A DNA stretch of 64,000 bases from Blasia pusilla. Its lineage: Eukaryota. The translations under genes and the position numbers were made by a program. The notes beneath the pieces were generated by a model. That model was not told where the DNA came from, searched no databases, and saw nothing but the letters and a program-made list of their open reading frames with translations. The stretch covers positions 47,926,001 through 47,990,000 of the forward strand of contig CM114271.1 of the NCBI GenBank assembly GCA_050084515.1, given 5' to 3'. Shown here piece by piece: positions 25,107 through 38,317 of this stretch (the stretch's first letter is position 1; every line of letters begins with the position of its first letter).

Positions 25107-26451
25107 TTACGTAGGTGCTGGACGGGGAGACGGGGAATCGGGAGGCTCTGTTGCCGAGTCTGGAGAGGAGAAAGGAGACTTTCCTGCAGGAGGCGAGACG
25201 GAAGGAAAATTAGGAGACGGTGCAGGTGTGTCGGGAGAAGTTGATTCCTGAAGATCGGATGGCGACACTGATGACTCAGTAAGATTGAATGAAGGTCGTT
25301 TTAAATGTCGTGGATCGCAAGGCGTAGTTGGATCGGGGCAAGAAGATGAGTCCGGTAACGTTGCCAGTTGCACGGTATGAACTTGGAAATCGTCTTTGAA
25401 GAAAGTGAAACTCAGTCGCCGCAGGATGAGACTGGGATTTTTGGTGAAGCGATCCGGCTCGTACTCGAGCTCATAGCTCTTTTGAACCAGGTAATAGTCT
25501 TCAGATAGATCTCGTATCCCACGGCTGATTCTGGACCATAGACTGAGAGATTTTCATTTTCAATGAGCGTCTTCACCAGAATTGGATTCGCAGGATCGCC
25601 ACTAAATATGGCCACCCCTCCTCGCTCCTGAAGTTTCAGGAAGCAATTGGTGCCCAATCCCGCCGTGTCAGAGCTGTAACTTGGAGGTAATATCCCTCTC
25701 TCGCCAACCTGAAACGTGTAAAGTGGTACATTTAGATATCGGAGACGCCAATTACAATCTCTGTCTAGATGGAAACTAAATTCTGTCAAAGAGACTTCTT
25801 TAAACTCGGGGTTCTTTTCTTCTGCATATGTCATTGATACAGATATGAGATACGCGGAGCTTATTGATAATTTTACAGAATTTTCGTTGTCGCACAATAT
25901 TGCAAATTTGGATGCCGTAAGGCATATATGGCTTTGTAAACACCCTTCAGAACGATTTTCGTGGTATCACAAAAAATTTGAGGTTGGATGTGCTTTTGAC
26001 GAAAGTCATAAGACGGCTTTATTTCCGTTACATAATGTGGCTAGGATTCTCGTGAAACGCACTGTCCGTTTTCGAAGAACAAGACTACATGGAAACACGC
26101 TAACATATTACCACCAACCTCGAAGTTGCAGTTGGTACGCATGCACGCTTCCATGACGCCTTGGCTGTAGGTTTGCCCAGTTCCCTCGTTCCAGTGCATC
26201 ATGATTCTCGGCATACGGCTCTCCAAGCAATTGCCGCCAGCCAACAAGTCTATGGGAGGAGACTCGACGTGGAAGAAGCCGGCACCTACTGCCAACTTCT
26301 CCAATGGTTTCAAATCCAAAACGTTCACGTTAGAATCTCCCGGAACTTCGTAGTAGCCATATCTATCTTCCAGTTTCACCACAGTGACGGCCACTGATGG
26401 ACCTTGCAAGCCTCCAACAATCAAGATCGCTGCCAACAACACGCCCAGCAT
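25107..26451 (-). pseudogene. Secreted protein with a divergent GNA/bulb-type lectin-like domain and Pro/Ser-rich tail; frameshifted
   Basis: Signal-peptide-like MLGVLLAAILIVGG; probable intron at about 25945-26111; FSFHLDRDCNWRL...SSDTAGLGTNCFLKLQERGGVAIF resembles the GNA repeat. A frame change near 25480 links to YELEYEPDRF...PDTPAPSPNFPSVSPP. Confidence 0.5.
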
Positions 26452-27852
26452 CTTTTCACGGTCTGATTCTTCTCTCTTGCCCTTAGTTCACCAAGGGGAT
26501 GCATACACACACAAAACACACTATTTGATCCGTCAATCATCAAAAAGAAAAGAGTCATCACCGGAGAAGTTAGTGCACGCACGTAATCAAATCATAATTT
26601 ATTTAAGAAAGCGATCCTACTGTAGGCAAGATTCATCACACGTGGTTTCTTTGGTGCTTCACTTCCTTTCATCCGAAGCATAATTTCAAAATACTGCTAA
26701 ATCTTAAATGTTTGTCATCGCAGAGCTGCTTCTTTCCATGTGAGGTACAATGAAGGGAGGAAGTGCGAGTCCACATCATTACGTTCAGTGCATATTCAGA
26801 TGTGGCTGTATGTCATGTTATCGATAGGTCTAATTTCCTTCAAGCATACTAGTTGGTGTCGCTACATTGCAGTACTCAAATACTCATATCTGAATTTAAG
26901 GGTGCTTCAAATATTCTGCTATCAGAAACTGCTTTGCACAAAATAGTACATTACCAATTCTTCCAAGTTCAGGCCTTGACAATTTCATCCGTCCCAATAA
27001 AGATTTCACGACCCAATGCAGATTTCACGACGTAAGCAATCATAGAGAAAATGGAAACGAGGAATTTCCTATTTATGCGAGTGCAAACTGTAATTGTACG
27101 TAAGCTGAAGGAAATGGGTGACAATCCATCTCTACAGGACCAAACCAACCCACCTATTATTATTTGAAAATTGACTTCGCCAGTAAATAAGAGTCAGTTC
27201 ACCAGGATTGTGTGCACCAAGTTAAACCTGCGCATCTCACACATTGCCAATGACATCACTCAATTCGTGAAATTAGTCAGAGTCCCTTTATTAAGAAGAA
27301 ATGGTGCACACCATCAACTGGGGACTGTTACCAACACAACCAGACCACTATAGTGAAACTTTAAACCTGATGCAGCAACTACAGATCCACTTGATCAAGT
27401 ATATGAATCTGCTGATCTACATCTCAGAAAGTTGGGCCCTCTTCACAGTACATTGTGGGCAGAAGAGCGCCCTATTCAATTCTACATCATACAATAGTGC
27501 ACTTAACTCCTGCCAGTTAAGTACAGCAGCATTGAAGAGAATCAAGGGCCACAAATGGGTAGCCAGTTAACTATTATACACATGAATGGAGGTTGAACAC
27601 ACTGTACATGAGAAAACTATGATTAGGGCCACTCCATATGGGAGAGTGGTGAGTACCTATGTACATCTTGGCAAGAGGGACATCTCATTGTCGTTTTGGC
27701 CACGACCTCTGAAAAGCTCTATTATTGTTCAAGTGGTTGGAAATTCTTATTTACATCCATCACTCCTCGGAAAAAGCTTGTATTCAGAATGTAGTGCCAG
27801 CCATTGTGCAGTGGAATTTGTCGTAGCCCTCCTGTCAGCCATTCTGGGAGCC

Positions 27853-30800
27853 TTACCAGTCTTCTTTCATAACCTTGGCCTTTTCAAGAATATACTTGCC
27901 CTCCTTATACTTCTGAGCCTCATCGTAAGCTTTCTCATACTTCCATCCAAGAACTTCTTGGCATTGGAAACATTGTATATCAGCTACAGTGTGAAGCCCA
28001 GTAATCAGCTGCCGATCTTCCTTGGGTCCAACAGTCACATTTACAACATTTTGAAAGAGGTATGCTCTGCCATTCCTGCCCTGCAAATGTTCACCCACGT
28101 TTTTTAGTTTGATTCCAAGACCTGTTCACTGACATTGAGATTGTCAATGACAATTCTGGAACTCAATACCACATTTCACCTCCACATCTCTTCCCCTTAG
28201 AACACACACTCAGTTCATAGGTTAGGGTTAGGGGCAGTAAGCTTTGACACTATGCAACTCCTAAGTTGTTCCCTTGATTATTGTCTAGAAAGTTTCAGAG
28301 ATTGATTTACATTCATAAATTTCAAGCCCCTAATTCCTGTGCCGACCCTTCAAGCAGTTCTTGTCTTTATCATGGTTGATTGCAGATTCCAAGATAGTCT
28401 GCCATTTGAGTCTCAAATGCTTAGAGCTTCAGTGTGTGATCTACCGCTTTTGCAATGGGTGTGAATCGATTCCAGTCTCTCCTGGTTTATCACCTGATCC
28501 AGTAAACTAATTAGTGATCAGTGAGCCTATTCCAGTCTCCGGATCTACCTGATCCAATAAACTAATGAATGATCATTGCCCGTGTTCTCTGCTACAATAG
28601 GATTGGTTTGGAAACTATGTAAATACTAAAAGAATGATTTGAATCTCTCTGTGGACAGTTACATCTGATCATCTACTTACTACTTCGTTGTGGCTAGGTT
28701 TGAACACACATCCAGATCAAGGCTGTAGATAAAACAAGAAAAATAAAAATTTAATAGCAGAAAGCTGAAAACAGCATGAATAAGTTGGCTGGCTAATTAT
28801 ATAGCAGAGAGAGCCTAACTCTTCGATACAAAACGAATATGGCAAAATGTTTCTGAAGAAGAGATTGTTTGAGGGATATTAGTCATTTGTGCATTACCGT
28901 GACTGGACGACCTGTGGCGCTGGACTACAAAAGCGCCTGCACTAAGTGGTAGTTTAACGTGTCTTGTTGTACAACTTGTAGGTTTAGTTCAAGCTCTTAC
29001 AAAATCTTTAGTACTCGAGTCCCTGCAAAGGAACTAGCTGGCTTTCCACCTTCAAAAAGATGACTACTATCAGTCAATGCTAGTTGCAAAAAAAACGAGG
29101 ACTCCGTTGCCTGTGCAATATGTGAGCTTTCAAAATATTTATTCCTCTTTGTTAATCTTCGCATTTATGCAAGGCTAAATGGTCACACTGTCAACCAGAT
29201 GCAGCTTCGTCCTGACTCTTGAACACCAATATGATGGCCTTAGAAGTCACTATCCAGGTACCAGTAACCTGCTGACAGAATGCTTGTGGGTTTTGACGAT
29301 TTGTTACCATGGGTGCACATGATGCGCGTTCTGATTCTCAGCAGAATAAGAAAGAGTGATGATCAGCTCTTCATGATTGGAAATCTCCGAAAAGAGTTTC
29401 CGACTGAAGCAGTTGCATACTGTAATGCATGATGACAACTGACTCTCCGCTGACGAAAACTCTAACTGCATAATGACAACGGACTCTCCGCTGGCCAAAA
29501 CTATCAACTGCATAGTAACAGGAGACTCCGTATCGAAGACAGCTTGCACGCACCAGTAAGTGTTGCTAGTCAGCTGTTCCACTGATCTGAGACAGGGGCG
29601 TCTTCACCAAGGCTTTACGAAGAAGATTCTTATTGTTTTCGCGGTGCAAAAGATTCATCATTCATAGTCTGAGTCAGGTGCCTAAACAGCAGACCCACTC
29701 TTTTGCATATCCAGGCAGACAAGTTCTTGTTTCAACTATTACCAATTCATCGATACTCAAAAATTCCACATTTGCAATATTGCAGTCCTGGAATTTTCAG
29801 GAAAAAAAACTGAACAACGGAACGAAAACCACACTAAAGAACCTAGTTCAACGAATTGCAGCAGCAGAGCAGGCACCAGAATGAAAAATCAAGGTTTGGT
29901 CATGGATGAGAGAACGAATTAGGACTGTAGACGGATGAAAGGCCTCCATCTGCTACCTTCTTCTAGACACTTTCCCCAAACTATTGGTGGAACACAGCTG
30001 AAGACTGAATTAATTCCAACAAACCACAGTCCTTTCAGTGCTTGAATATTTGATGCAAACGTTCCCAGCGAACAAACGAAGGACATACCCAGGATTGGAA
30101 CAGTTCGCAAATGCTTGAGAAAGGTAGCAAATGCAAATTGCACTTACTCCCAGTCAGGCCCCTGCACAACGATCACACGAACTGAAAGAGAGCTACTACG
30201 AGAACATCGCCCGCTGATGTCCTCATGGAGTGGTCATCGGATGCATGTAAAGATTGTAATTCGGCGTGTATTACATGTTGTGCTTGCCTAATTCTACCAG
30301 TCCTAACACACAAACTGCCAGCAAGCATGCCTTTACCCCTGTGTAATCCTAGCATGAACGCAAGTGATGATTTGCAATCTCCCCATCGATAATCACTTGA
30401 AAACGATCTGAAAAATTCAACGTAACTTCGTCCCGGCAATCAAAACCGAAATTGAGAATCGATACGCGATGAAGGCACTTCCAATACATGGAATTCGAAG
30501 CACAAAACCCCGTGGCAGGACAACAGACTGATGGAAGAATGAGATTCAGATAATATGCGTATTACTTTCTCTTTAAAAAGCCGCTTCTTCTACAAATCAA
30601 ACTGCGACCAAATTTGACACAAACTCACAAATTACTCCCAAATTATGATTGCTCCAACCGTCATCCCTTCACTCCAGCCGGGGTTAAGCGAAATAAAAAC
30701 AACTGAAAATTCCTCACATCCAATCAAGCCAGACACACAGCAACATCACGTATGTTTCACAGAATAGATTGAAAGCACAAATGATCTCCAGCCAAAACGC

Positions 30801-30904
30801 GAACTATAGCATACCGTGAAAGACTTGGAGATTATGTCGTCGTGCTCGGCTACATGGCAGCGGCAGTTGCTGCAGCTGTAGATGCGAGGACCACACTCCC
30901 CCAT
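27853..30904 (-). CDS. Yippee-like (YPEL) zinc-binding protein, 105 aa, 2 exons
   Basis: Exons 30904-30815 ([30 protein letters not shown]) and 28080-27853 (GRNGRAYLF...[16 protein letters not shown]...[24 protein letters not shown]), joined by a phase-0 GT-AG intron. Confidence 0.95.
29426..29532 (+). repeat. About 42-bp tandem repeat (2.5 copies) in the Yippee intron
   Basis: tgcatgatgacaactgactctccgctgacgaaaactctaac / tgcataatgacaacggactctccgctggccaaaactatcaac / tgcatagtaacaggagactccg. Confidence 0.75.
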
Positions 30905-31220
30905 CCCCCGAATCAACCTCCCGAACGTCCACGAGATCGCGCCTCCTCCTCCTCTCCTCTCCTCCCTTCTCCTCGCTTCTCCTCTTCTCTGGGCTTTGCT
31001 CCTCTGTCCTCTCCTCCTACGCTTTGCTTCCCCTTCTCCTGGCCACCCTCTTGGCTTTTGCGTAGACTGCAGAACTTCCTCTCCTATGGGACTCTCACGA
31101 CGTAGGCACACGGAACTCACGCCACGCGACGGTCGCAGCGTAGAGCTCACCGGCGTGACAGTTGAATCCCGTCCGCTTAACCCGGTCCGGTGGAAGGGAG
31201 CCACGTCCACAATACTAATA

Positions 31221-31391
31221 TCTATCTTCTATCTATCGGAGGATACTAAGCTGCTCCTACGTGTGACACTAAATTTCTCTCAAAAATATTTTTATCATTT
31301 TAACATTGGTTGAAAATTGGTAAAAAAAGTGAAATTATTAATAGGGGCCGTAGTTATTAATCACAGCTGTGCATTGCGCGGTCCTAACTAG
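31221..31391 (+). mobile_element. Non-autonomous mini-Helitron upstream of Yippee
   Basis: A|TCTATCTTCTATC 5' end, ctgtgcattgcgcgg hairpin, and CTAG|T at 31388-31392. Confidence 0.65.
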
Positions 31392-31399
31392 TACCCTAT

Positions 31400-32520
31400 T
31401 AAAAGAGGATGGGGTTTAAGGCAGGGGCCTCCGTGACACGGGTCCCTAAAGAGAAGCCCAATGCACGACATGTTTTGATTACACAGGAAGAAAGATGCAC
31501 TTCGATAAAAACGAGTGATGGAAAACCATCGGAAATACAAAAGAGGGGGACTCAAAGAGTCAAAACCTGAAGGCCACAACAAGACCAGAAAAGGAAGAAG
31601 GGGGCATTCCCCCCCCTAACGACGAAACTCACCAACAATAGAGACAATATCAGCAACAACAAGAGAGCTATGACTACTACTAAGTAGGCCTCTAGCGCCG
31701 GCGTCTCCCACAACCTGAGCCCGCCGCAAAATCCCATTAGCGTGGGCACGCTGCAACGTTATGGAGACCCACTGCCTACAATACAGAATCGCAGTAGCTA
31801 AGGACAACCCATTTCTCGAGTGGAGATGATGGGCGCGATCCGTGAACGAAGTCGAACCTCTCCCCCATAGCCCCATACATCTCTATGGGCGAGGGGATGA
31901 AGATGTGTCCTCGTGTAGTCGATCGTAGATATGTGTCTTCTTCACCGCCCGCCGCCGCCGCTCCTTGTAGCATTCGCCCTTGGGCCACCACTTGGGCTCG
32001 ACCGCCCCGCGTAGGATCTGTGACTACCACGCCCGCCACCACCACCTCGGCCTCACGTGTCATGTAGAGATCGGCACGAATGAGGGAATCCCGCATGGAG
32101 TAGTGCCTCTCTCTCTGCACATGGAAGCCACTCTCCCGAGCAACATCTGAACATGATATCCCGCCTTTGCATCGTGAGTGGCTATCCTCTCACCCCAAGC
32201 GACAAAGATGCCAAATGCACACCAAGTGGATCCAGGCTCCGGCGACACTCGCAGTGTGTCGAACCAACCACCGATGGTTGGGGGAGGCCCAAGCGGAACC
32301 GCATCGCTGTAGTATAGGTAAGTGGTGCGATACGGAAAGCCTGGAGAAGGGGGCGCCCCCCTACCCATGAGCCTGCCCCCTTTCCGGAGCAAGAGCGAAT
32401 AGGGGCCCTAACCTCCATGGGGATATTCCCGTCAGACATAGTTCCTCTAAAAACTGCCTCAAAGTGGGCTTCCATCAAGGAAGATTGGAGCCCAGACTGA
32501 CCGGAGGTAACTAAGGAGGA
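31400..32520 (-). mobile_element. 3' fragment of a non-LTR retrotransposon with a restriction-like endonuclease (CRE/R2-like grade), decayed
   Basis: MRFRLGLP...HCECRRSLDPLGVHLA (CCHC-like), ERIATHDA, then RADLY...VVAGVVVTDPT (PD-(D/E)xK-like). Confidence 0.65.
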
Positions 32521-34489
32521 GAAAGTGGGGAGAACGGCTCTGGCCTCAACTCGAAGGGAATCTCTACAAGCTGTGAGTTACACATACGTCGTTTATTGCT
32601 CGAATCTTTGATTTTTATTACTATACGCGTATACCCTTGTTGTACGAGGACCAACCATTTTTCCCATTAACATTAAGTAGCCATTTTTACCATTAACGAT
32701 AAAGTGGTGGAGTTGTGGATGACAGTTAAGATCTTCATCGCTGCCAAATCTAATTTGAAATTAGGGTTCATTGCACACTTTGGGGTCTTTGCAGGAATTT
32801 GTTTAAAGATTTGCCATTGTCGATACGTTGTCGCGTCCAGACAATGTTCACGTTGATTTTTTTCTAAGTGTGTTTAGATTACGAAAAAGTAGACGCTTGG
32901 ATTTCCCTATTTTGATTAGAGTATGAAATTTGTACACACGTATGCAATGGTGTGTTTCTTTGATGCTTCATGCTATTCATAGTGCTATACAATCTCCTAT
33001 CAAATTCTCTATGTTCTACACTTTCTTGCTTACTGATCTAGACGAGTTACTTTTAATATGAGTAGGGTTACACAACCTATTTGCTCATCGCTCATCGAGC
33101 TTTACATGTGTTTCCAGGAGGACATTGAAGTTTCATCCAACATCATAAGTTTTGATCTACTACAACTTTCCTTTAAGTTTGCATTCTTGCCACTCTCCTT
33201 CAACACTTCTGAATCTAGAAACCTCCAAAAGCAATACATTGCATAGTAAGCAAAAGTAAAAGATTACTTACAACTTTCCTCATTGTACAACGATGAGTAG
33301 AAGAAAGGTGAGATATATATGACTCTAAGACACACAACTATGAAGTCGACACAAGCCAAGGAAAGGATGCAGTGAAGAAAGAAACTCACACTTCTAGCTC
33401 TAACAAATACTATGGAGTTAAGCCTACGAATACTACACCTTCAGAAAGACCATCGTGGTCTCCAATTTCACAAAACAAATCGATCAAGTTGGAGTCGATT
33501 ACAAAATTTGCAAGCAAGGTCAACCCAAAATGGAGGGCCGTATTGGGTTATGATAGTGAGCCAAATTTTGGGGATGCCAAAAGGGATTCTCTTCCCGCCT
33601 CAAAACCTCATAATCATCCCTTAATTGAGCGAGATAGCGGCTTGAAGATCCTTGTCCAAACCATGAGAAAATTCAAGAGGAATCCACTAGAAGTTCAAGT
33701 AGGAGTAGACATAAGACGTTCCGTCCTAGGCTAGCTAGAAAAAGAAGGAGATCCATGCAAGTGAACGTTGCCTTCAAAATTATATTTTAAGCTTAATTGT
33801 AAGGTTGTATTATTTGAAGCTAGAACTATGTTTTGTCCATCTCTTTATGTGTGATCTTTCTTGTCTGCACTCTGAAATAGTTTCCTATAGAGAGAATATC
33901 CTTCTCTCAACTACTTGGACACTCTAATAGTTATTCCCACCCCATAATAGGCTCCAATGCAAGCGCCTTGCATATGTAAGCCACCCGTAGAGAGTGCTCC
34001 CATCCCAAATCTGAACACTCACCAACCAAGAGTGTCCCAATCGACCGTACGGCCAAGTACTCTCCCAAAGATTGCCCCAACTTACAAAGGCATATTCACT
34101 CAAGCGTCGAGAGTGCCCCCATCCTTAAGATGTACACTCACCCAAGCGCCTAGAGCGCTACCACCCCACAACAACAAACTCAATAGATCATCCCTACCCA
34201 ACAACATAACACTAACCAATCAAAGGGCACAAGAGGCCTGTGAAAACATAAGGAATGGCTAGACAACGGAGAGGGTGTTGAGAAAGGGTGAAAGTCAAGT
34301 CACGGCATCAAGACAAGGCCATGAGGGCACGGACTTCTCGCAAAGAGAAAACAAGACAAAGCGCTGCGAGGGCAAGACAACCATTTTGATAAATTTCAGG
34401 TCAATTTGTGTGTAGGAGTGGTCTATGCTTTGATTGGAGCAATAGAGAGCCTGCAATTATTTTTTTGAGTAAAATTGTTCTTCATGGAA

Positions 34490-34912
34490 TATTCCACAAT
34501 GTTAATCGAAGGCGAGAAGCTAGATAAGCAAAATTACAATATTTGGCAATTTCGCATTTAGCAATTTCTCACGGGTCAATAACTATGGGAAGTTATTATA
34601 GATTATGAGGCCAAACCAAAACGGGATTCAACAAACTTTCATGTTTCCACTTGGAACAAACGCAAGGCAAGTTCTTCACTACATTTCAATAACGATAAGT
34701 TCTCCAATGATTGGTCACATTCAAGATTTTGATATTCCGAAGGAGAATGGGATGCACTGGAAAAAATGTCCATTCACTAGAAAGGCGAGAAAGCTTCAAT
34801 TGAAACAACAATTGAACAAAGTGAGCAAAAAATTAATGATTATGTTTTGAGGTATCAAACATATTGTTGATTAGTTGAATAGTATTGGAGTGATTGTAGA
34901 AGAAGATGATGA
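34490..34912 (+). mobile_element. Ty1/copia gag fragment
   Basis: EGEKLDKQNYNIWQFRI, MIGHIQD and ARKLQLKQQLN across frameshifts and stops. Confidence 0.7.
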
Positions 34913-37430
34913 TAGTTTGGTCTACTTGGCCAGTAGTCTTAGTGAATTTTGATCTACCTCCTTGGCTCTGCACTAAGAAGTTTTTCTTCCAATTGGCTAT
35001 GATTATTCCTGGGAAAGAATTTGTGACATCCAATAACTTGGATGTCTGCTTGTCTCCACTAATGGAGGAGTTGCAATTATTGTGGAAAGAAGTCAAAGCA
35101 TATGATAGTACTCAACCAGCAGGAAGGGGTGGATTTGTTCTTAGAGATATGGTAATATGGACAATTAAAGACTATCCTGGTCTTGGGATCATATCAGGCC
35201 AATCCACCAATGGATTGCTTGTATGTTGTGTTTGTGGCCCGCGGGTGTTCTCATACTACTCTAAGCCCTTACAAAAGCCCACATTTCAAGGCCACAGAGG
35301 TTACAAAGATAGGGGTCAACCATACAGGAGGAATTCTATGGTGTAGTTATTCAATCAGAAGGTCGAGACATGCACATCTCCGGGTCGAGTTTAAAGTGTT
35401 GAGATAGTAGAGGGGGCCCAATTGAAGATGGAATTTGGAGATGCCCCTAAAACCAAGCAAAGGCGAGGTGAACCTCGCCTTGTAGATCCTTACAAAAAGT
35501 ATGGCGTCCAAAGAAGGAGCATACTTTTTGACTTGCCTTATTGGAAGGTAAGACTAATATCACTTTTCTTGAAGTGTATAATTATTTTCAATTTCTTCAT
35601 TGCTTTAGCCATAACAATACTCTCAATCTTGTGCCCATTGTGGCCGTGATTGATTTTCAGGACTTGTTGATTCGACATACTTTGGATTTGATGCATTGTG
35701 AAAAAAATCTTGTTCATAATAGAATCAAAACCATATTTGGCTTACGGAAGAAAGATTCTATCCAAGTTAGTGAGGATATACAGATAAGGGGTATTCGTCC
35801 TCACTTATAGCTTCAATCTCATCCTACAAGAGCCACAATTAAGTTGAAACCAAAAGCAGATTATATGCTAACAGCTGATGAGATGAAAGTTTTCTATGCT
35901 AGAGTAAGGGCACTCAAAGTGCCTATTGGTTATGCTGGTGCTTTACAAAAGTACATTCTACGATAGAAGTATTGAAGATTGAGTTACACTCAAGCTCATA
36001 AGATACCTGAACTACTACATTTGGTACTCACACAAAGTAGGGAAGCTTAATCTTGGTTAGTCAGTTAAGCGCGATTATCTTAACTAGGGTTAGTTAATCA
36101 CAATTAGTCTAACCCGAGACTATGGTTAAGGTTAGGGTTAGGGTTGTTTGTACATACTGTATATAATTGAGAAGGGGACCAGCCTCCATTCATTCTCTCA
36201 TTGCAAATTTTGTTCTTCATGGTGGTGTGTGAGTGTGAGAGCCGTTTCCCACCAGTTATGCTTCTTTAGCACTTTTCCAAAGAAGTTGGGGAGCTTAAAG
36301 TCCCATGACTTGCATATCTTTATGCAACAATTATTGCCATATTGCTTACGTGGTTTGATGAAAGCTCCCATCAGAATGACAATAATGAGGATGTCGCAAT
36401 TATTTTGTAGACTGTGTGTAAAAACATGGGATCCAATAGATATGGGATCTTTGAAAGAGGATGTGTCAACCACTTTATGCCTCATTGAAATTCATTTTCC
36501 CCCTTCTTTCTTTGATGTCATGACTCATCTCATGATTCATCTAGTTAAGGATCTTGATATATGTGGCCTTGTTGCAACTCGATGGATGTATCCCATTGAG
36601 AGGTACTTGGGTGTCTTGAAAGGGTATGTAAGGTCTCGAGCTAGACCACACGCTTGTATGGGTGAAGGATATATACTCGATGAAGCCTTGGGATTTATCA
36701 CATAGTACATGCAAGATTATACAATTTTACAAACAAGGGTGTGGGATGCACATGAAGAGGATGGTGTTGTTGGCAAAATACTGGAAGGTGTCGGCATTAA
36801 ACAACAACTGGGTGTTGAACTACTCAAAGTAGCAAACAAATACGTTGTAGAAAACATCGAATGCTTCACAAGCTTTATGGAGTAAGTATCTCTTGATTTA
36901 ACCATGAAGGAAATTTGCCATGTTATTCATTAATACTCGATACTGAGCCTTGGGTTGACTAGATATACATGATTTTGTTCCATGCAGAATATATAGTGTC
37001 AAGAAGACATGTGACAAGACTTTCTCTCAATGGATACCTACAAAGATCAAGAATTCAGTCACGGAGGTGAAGGAAGTAGAAGATTTGGCTATCAAGTTAT
37101 CTGTACCTCCTTCACGCCATTATCTTTCTTATAAGAAAATGAAAGCATATGGGAATCATTATAGAGTTGAAGATAGTGGGTCGTTTGCTACATATGACTT
37201 TGGAATTGCATCTATATTCTTATCCAAGAATCATGGTGAAGTTAGAGAGATACTTATGTGGGGGTCTTAATAGATATCCTAACATAAGACTACGGTATGA
37301 AAGATTGAGTGGTGTTGATGAGAGGGAGATGGGTTCAATCAACTTGGGACCCTCCTCATCCTTCAATGATTCGTGATGAAAATGGCTTCTTGTTGGCTAA
37401 TTTCAAAACACTTTTTCCATCAAATTGTGA
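34913..37430 (+). mobile_element. CACTA/En-Spm transposase pseudogene (Transposase_21 and DUF4218-type regions)
   Basis: STWPVVLVNFDLPPWLC...IIPG...LDVCLSPLMEELQLLW...WTIKDYPG; RSILFDLPYW; LIRHTLDLMHCEKN; LGSLKSHDLH...FPPSFFDVMTHL...RWMYPIERY. Confidence 0.9.
35970..36280. mobile_element. 311-bp insertion (probable solo LTR) in the CACTA transposase
   Basis: Flanked by AGAAG at 35965-35969 and 36281-36285; interrupts R*K|LGSLKSHD; degenerate tattgaa...ttccaa ends. Confidence 0.6.
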
Positions 37431-37439
37431 TGAGGAGAC

Positions 37440-38317
37440 CTCATTGCAAGGCATACGGGCCGCGGTCCTTGAAAGCCACTTCCGAGCTCCATACAGGCCG
37501 CGGACCTTGGAGCCCGCATGCAGGCTAGGATACGGGCCCTAAAGCCTGTGTCCACGCTGATAATGGGCCACTTGTGCGCCTCCGAGCCCGCAAGCGAGCT
37601 ACAACACGGGCCCTGGAGCCCGCATGCGAGCTCGGGTGCGAGGTGCGAGCTGCTCACGGACTATGGTGAGGGCCTTGAAGCTAGGCCTGCTTGCAAGCCT
37701 CCGAGCCTGCATGCCGGCTGCCTAGCCAATGCACGGGCTTGTTGTGAACCGCGGAGCCGGCTTGCAAGCTAGGTCGCGGGCCTCCGAGCCCGCGTGCGGG
37801 TTGCTTGCGATCTAAGGTGCGGGCTGATTGCGGGGCTGGAAGCCCGGCGTGGGCTTGCATGCGGGCCTCTGAGCCTGCACATAGGCTAGTTGCATGCCTT
37901 GGAGCTCGCTTGCGGGTTATGTCGCGAGCAGTCGAGGCCGCATGCGGGCTGCTTGCAGGCTTGGGAGCTGTGCGTGCTTGTTGCGGTCTAGAGCGCATGC
38001 TAGGTCGCGGGCAGCCGAGCCCGCGTGCGGGTTGATTGCGGGCCAGGGAGCCCAGCGCGGGCTCGCATGCACGCCCCCAAGCGCGCACGCAAGCTAGTTG
38101 CAGGTCTTGGAGCCCGCATGCGAGCTATGTCGCGGGCCGCCAAGCCCTCGCGTGGGCTCGTTGCGGGCTAGGGTGCGGGTTGCTTGCAGGCCAGGGAGCC
38201 TGCATGGGAGCCCATATATGGGCTACGGCGCGGGCTCGCATGCGGGTTTCCGAGCGTGCAAGTGCGGGCTAGTTGCGGGCCCTGGAGATCGCGGATGGCC
38301 CGCACTTTGGGCCTTGG
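37440..38317. repeat. GC/CpG-rich degenerate minisatellite built on gagcccgc(a/g)tgcggg
   Basis: Many copies of gagcccgcatgc and cccgcgtgcggg; longer direct repeats near 37768 and 37998. Confidence 0.8.

Noticed and set aside
36124-36145. TTAGGG telomere-like repeats (also at about 28219-28233)
   Set aside because: Only 2-3 units, too short to call an interstitial telomere.
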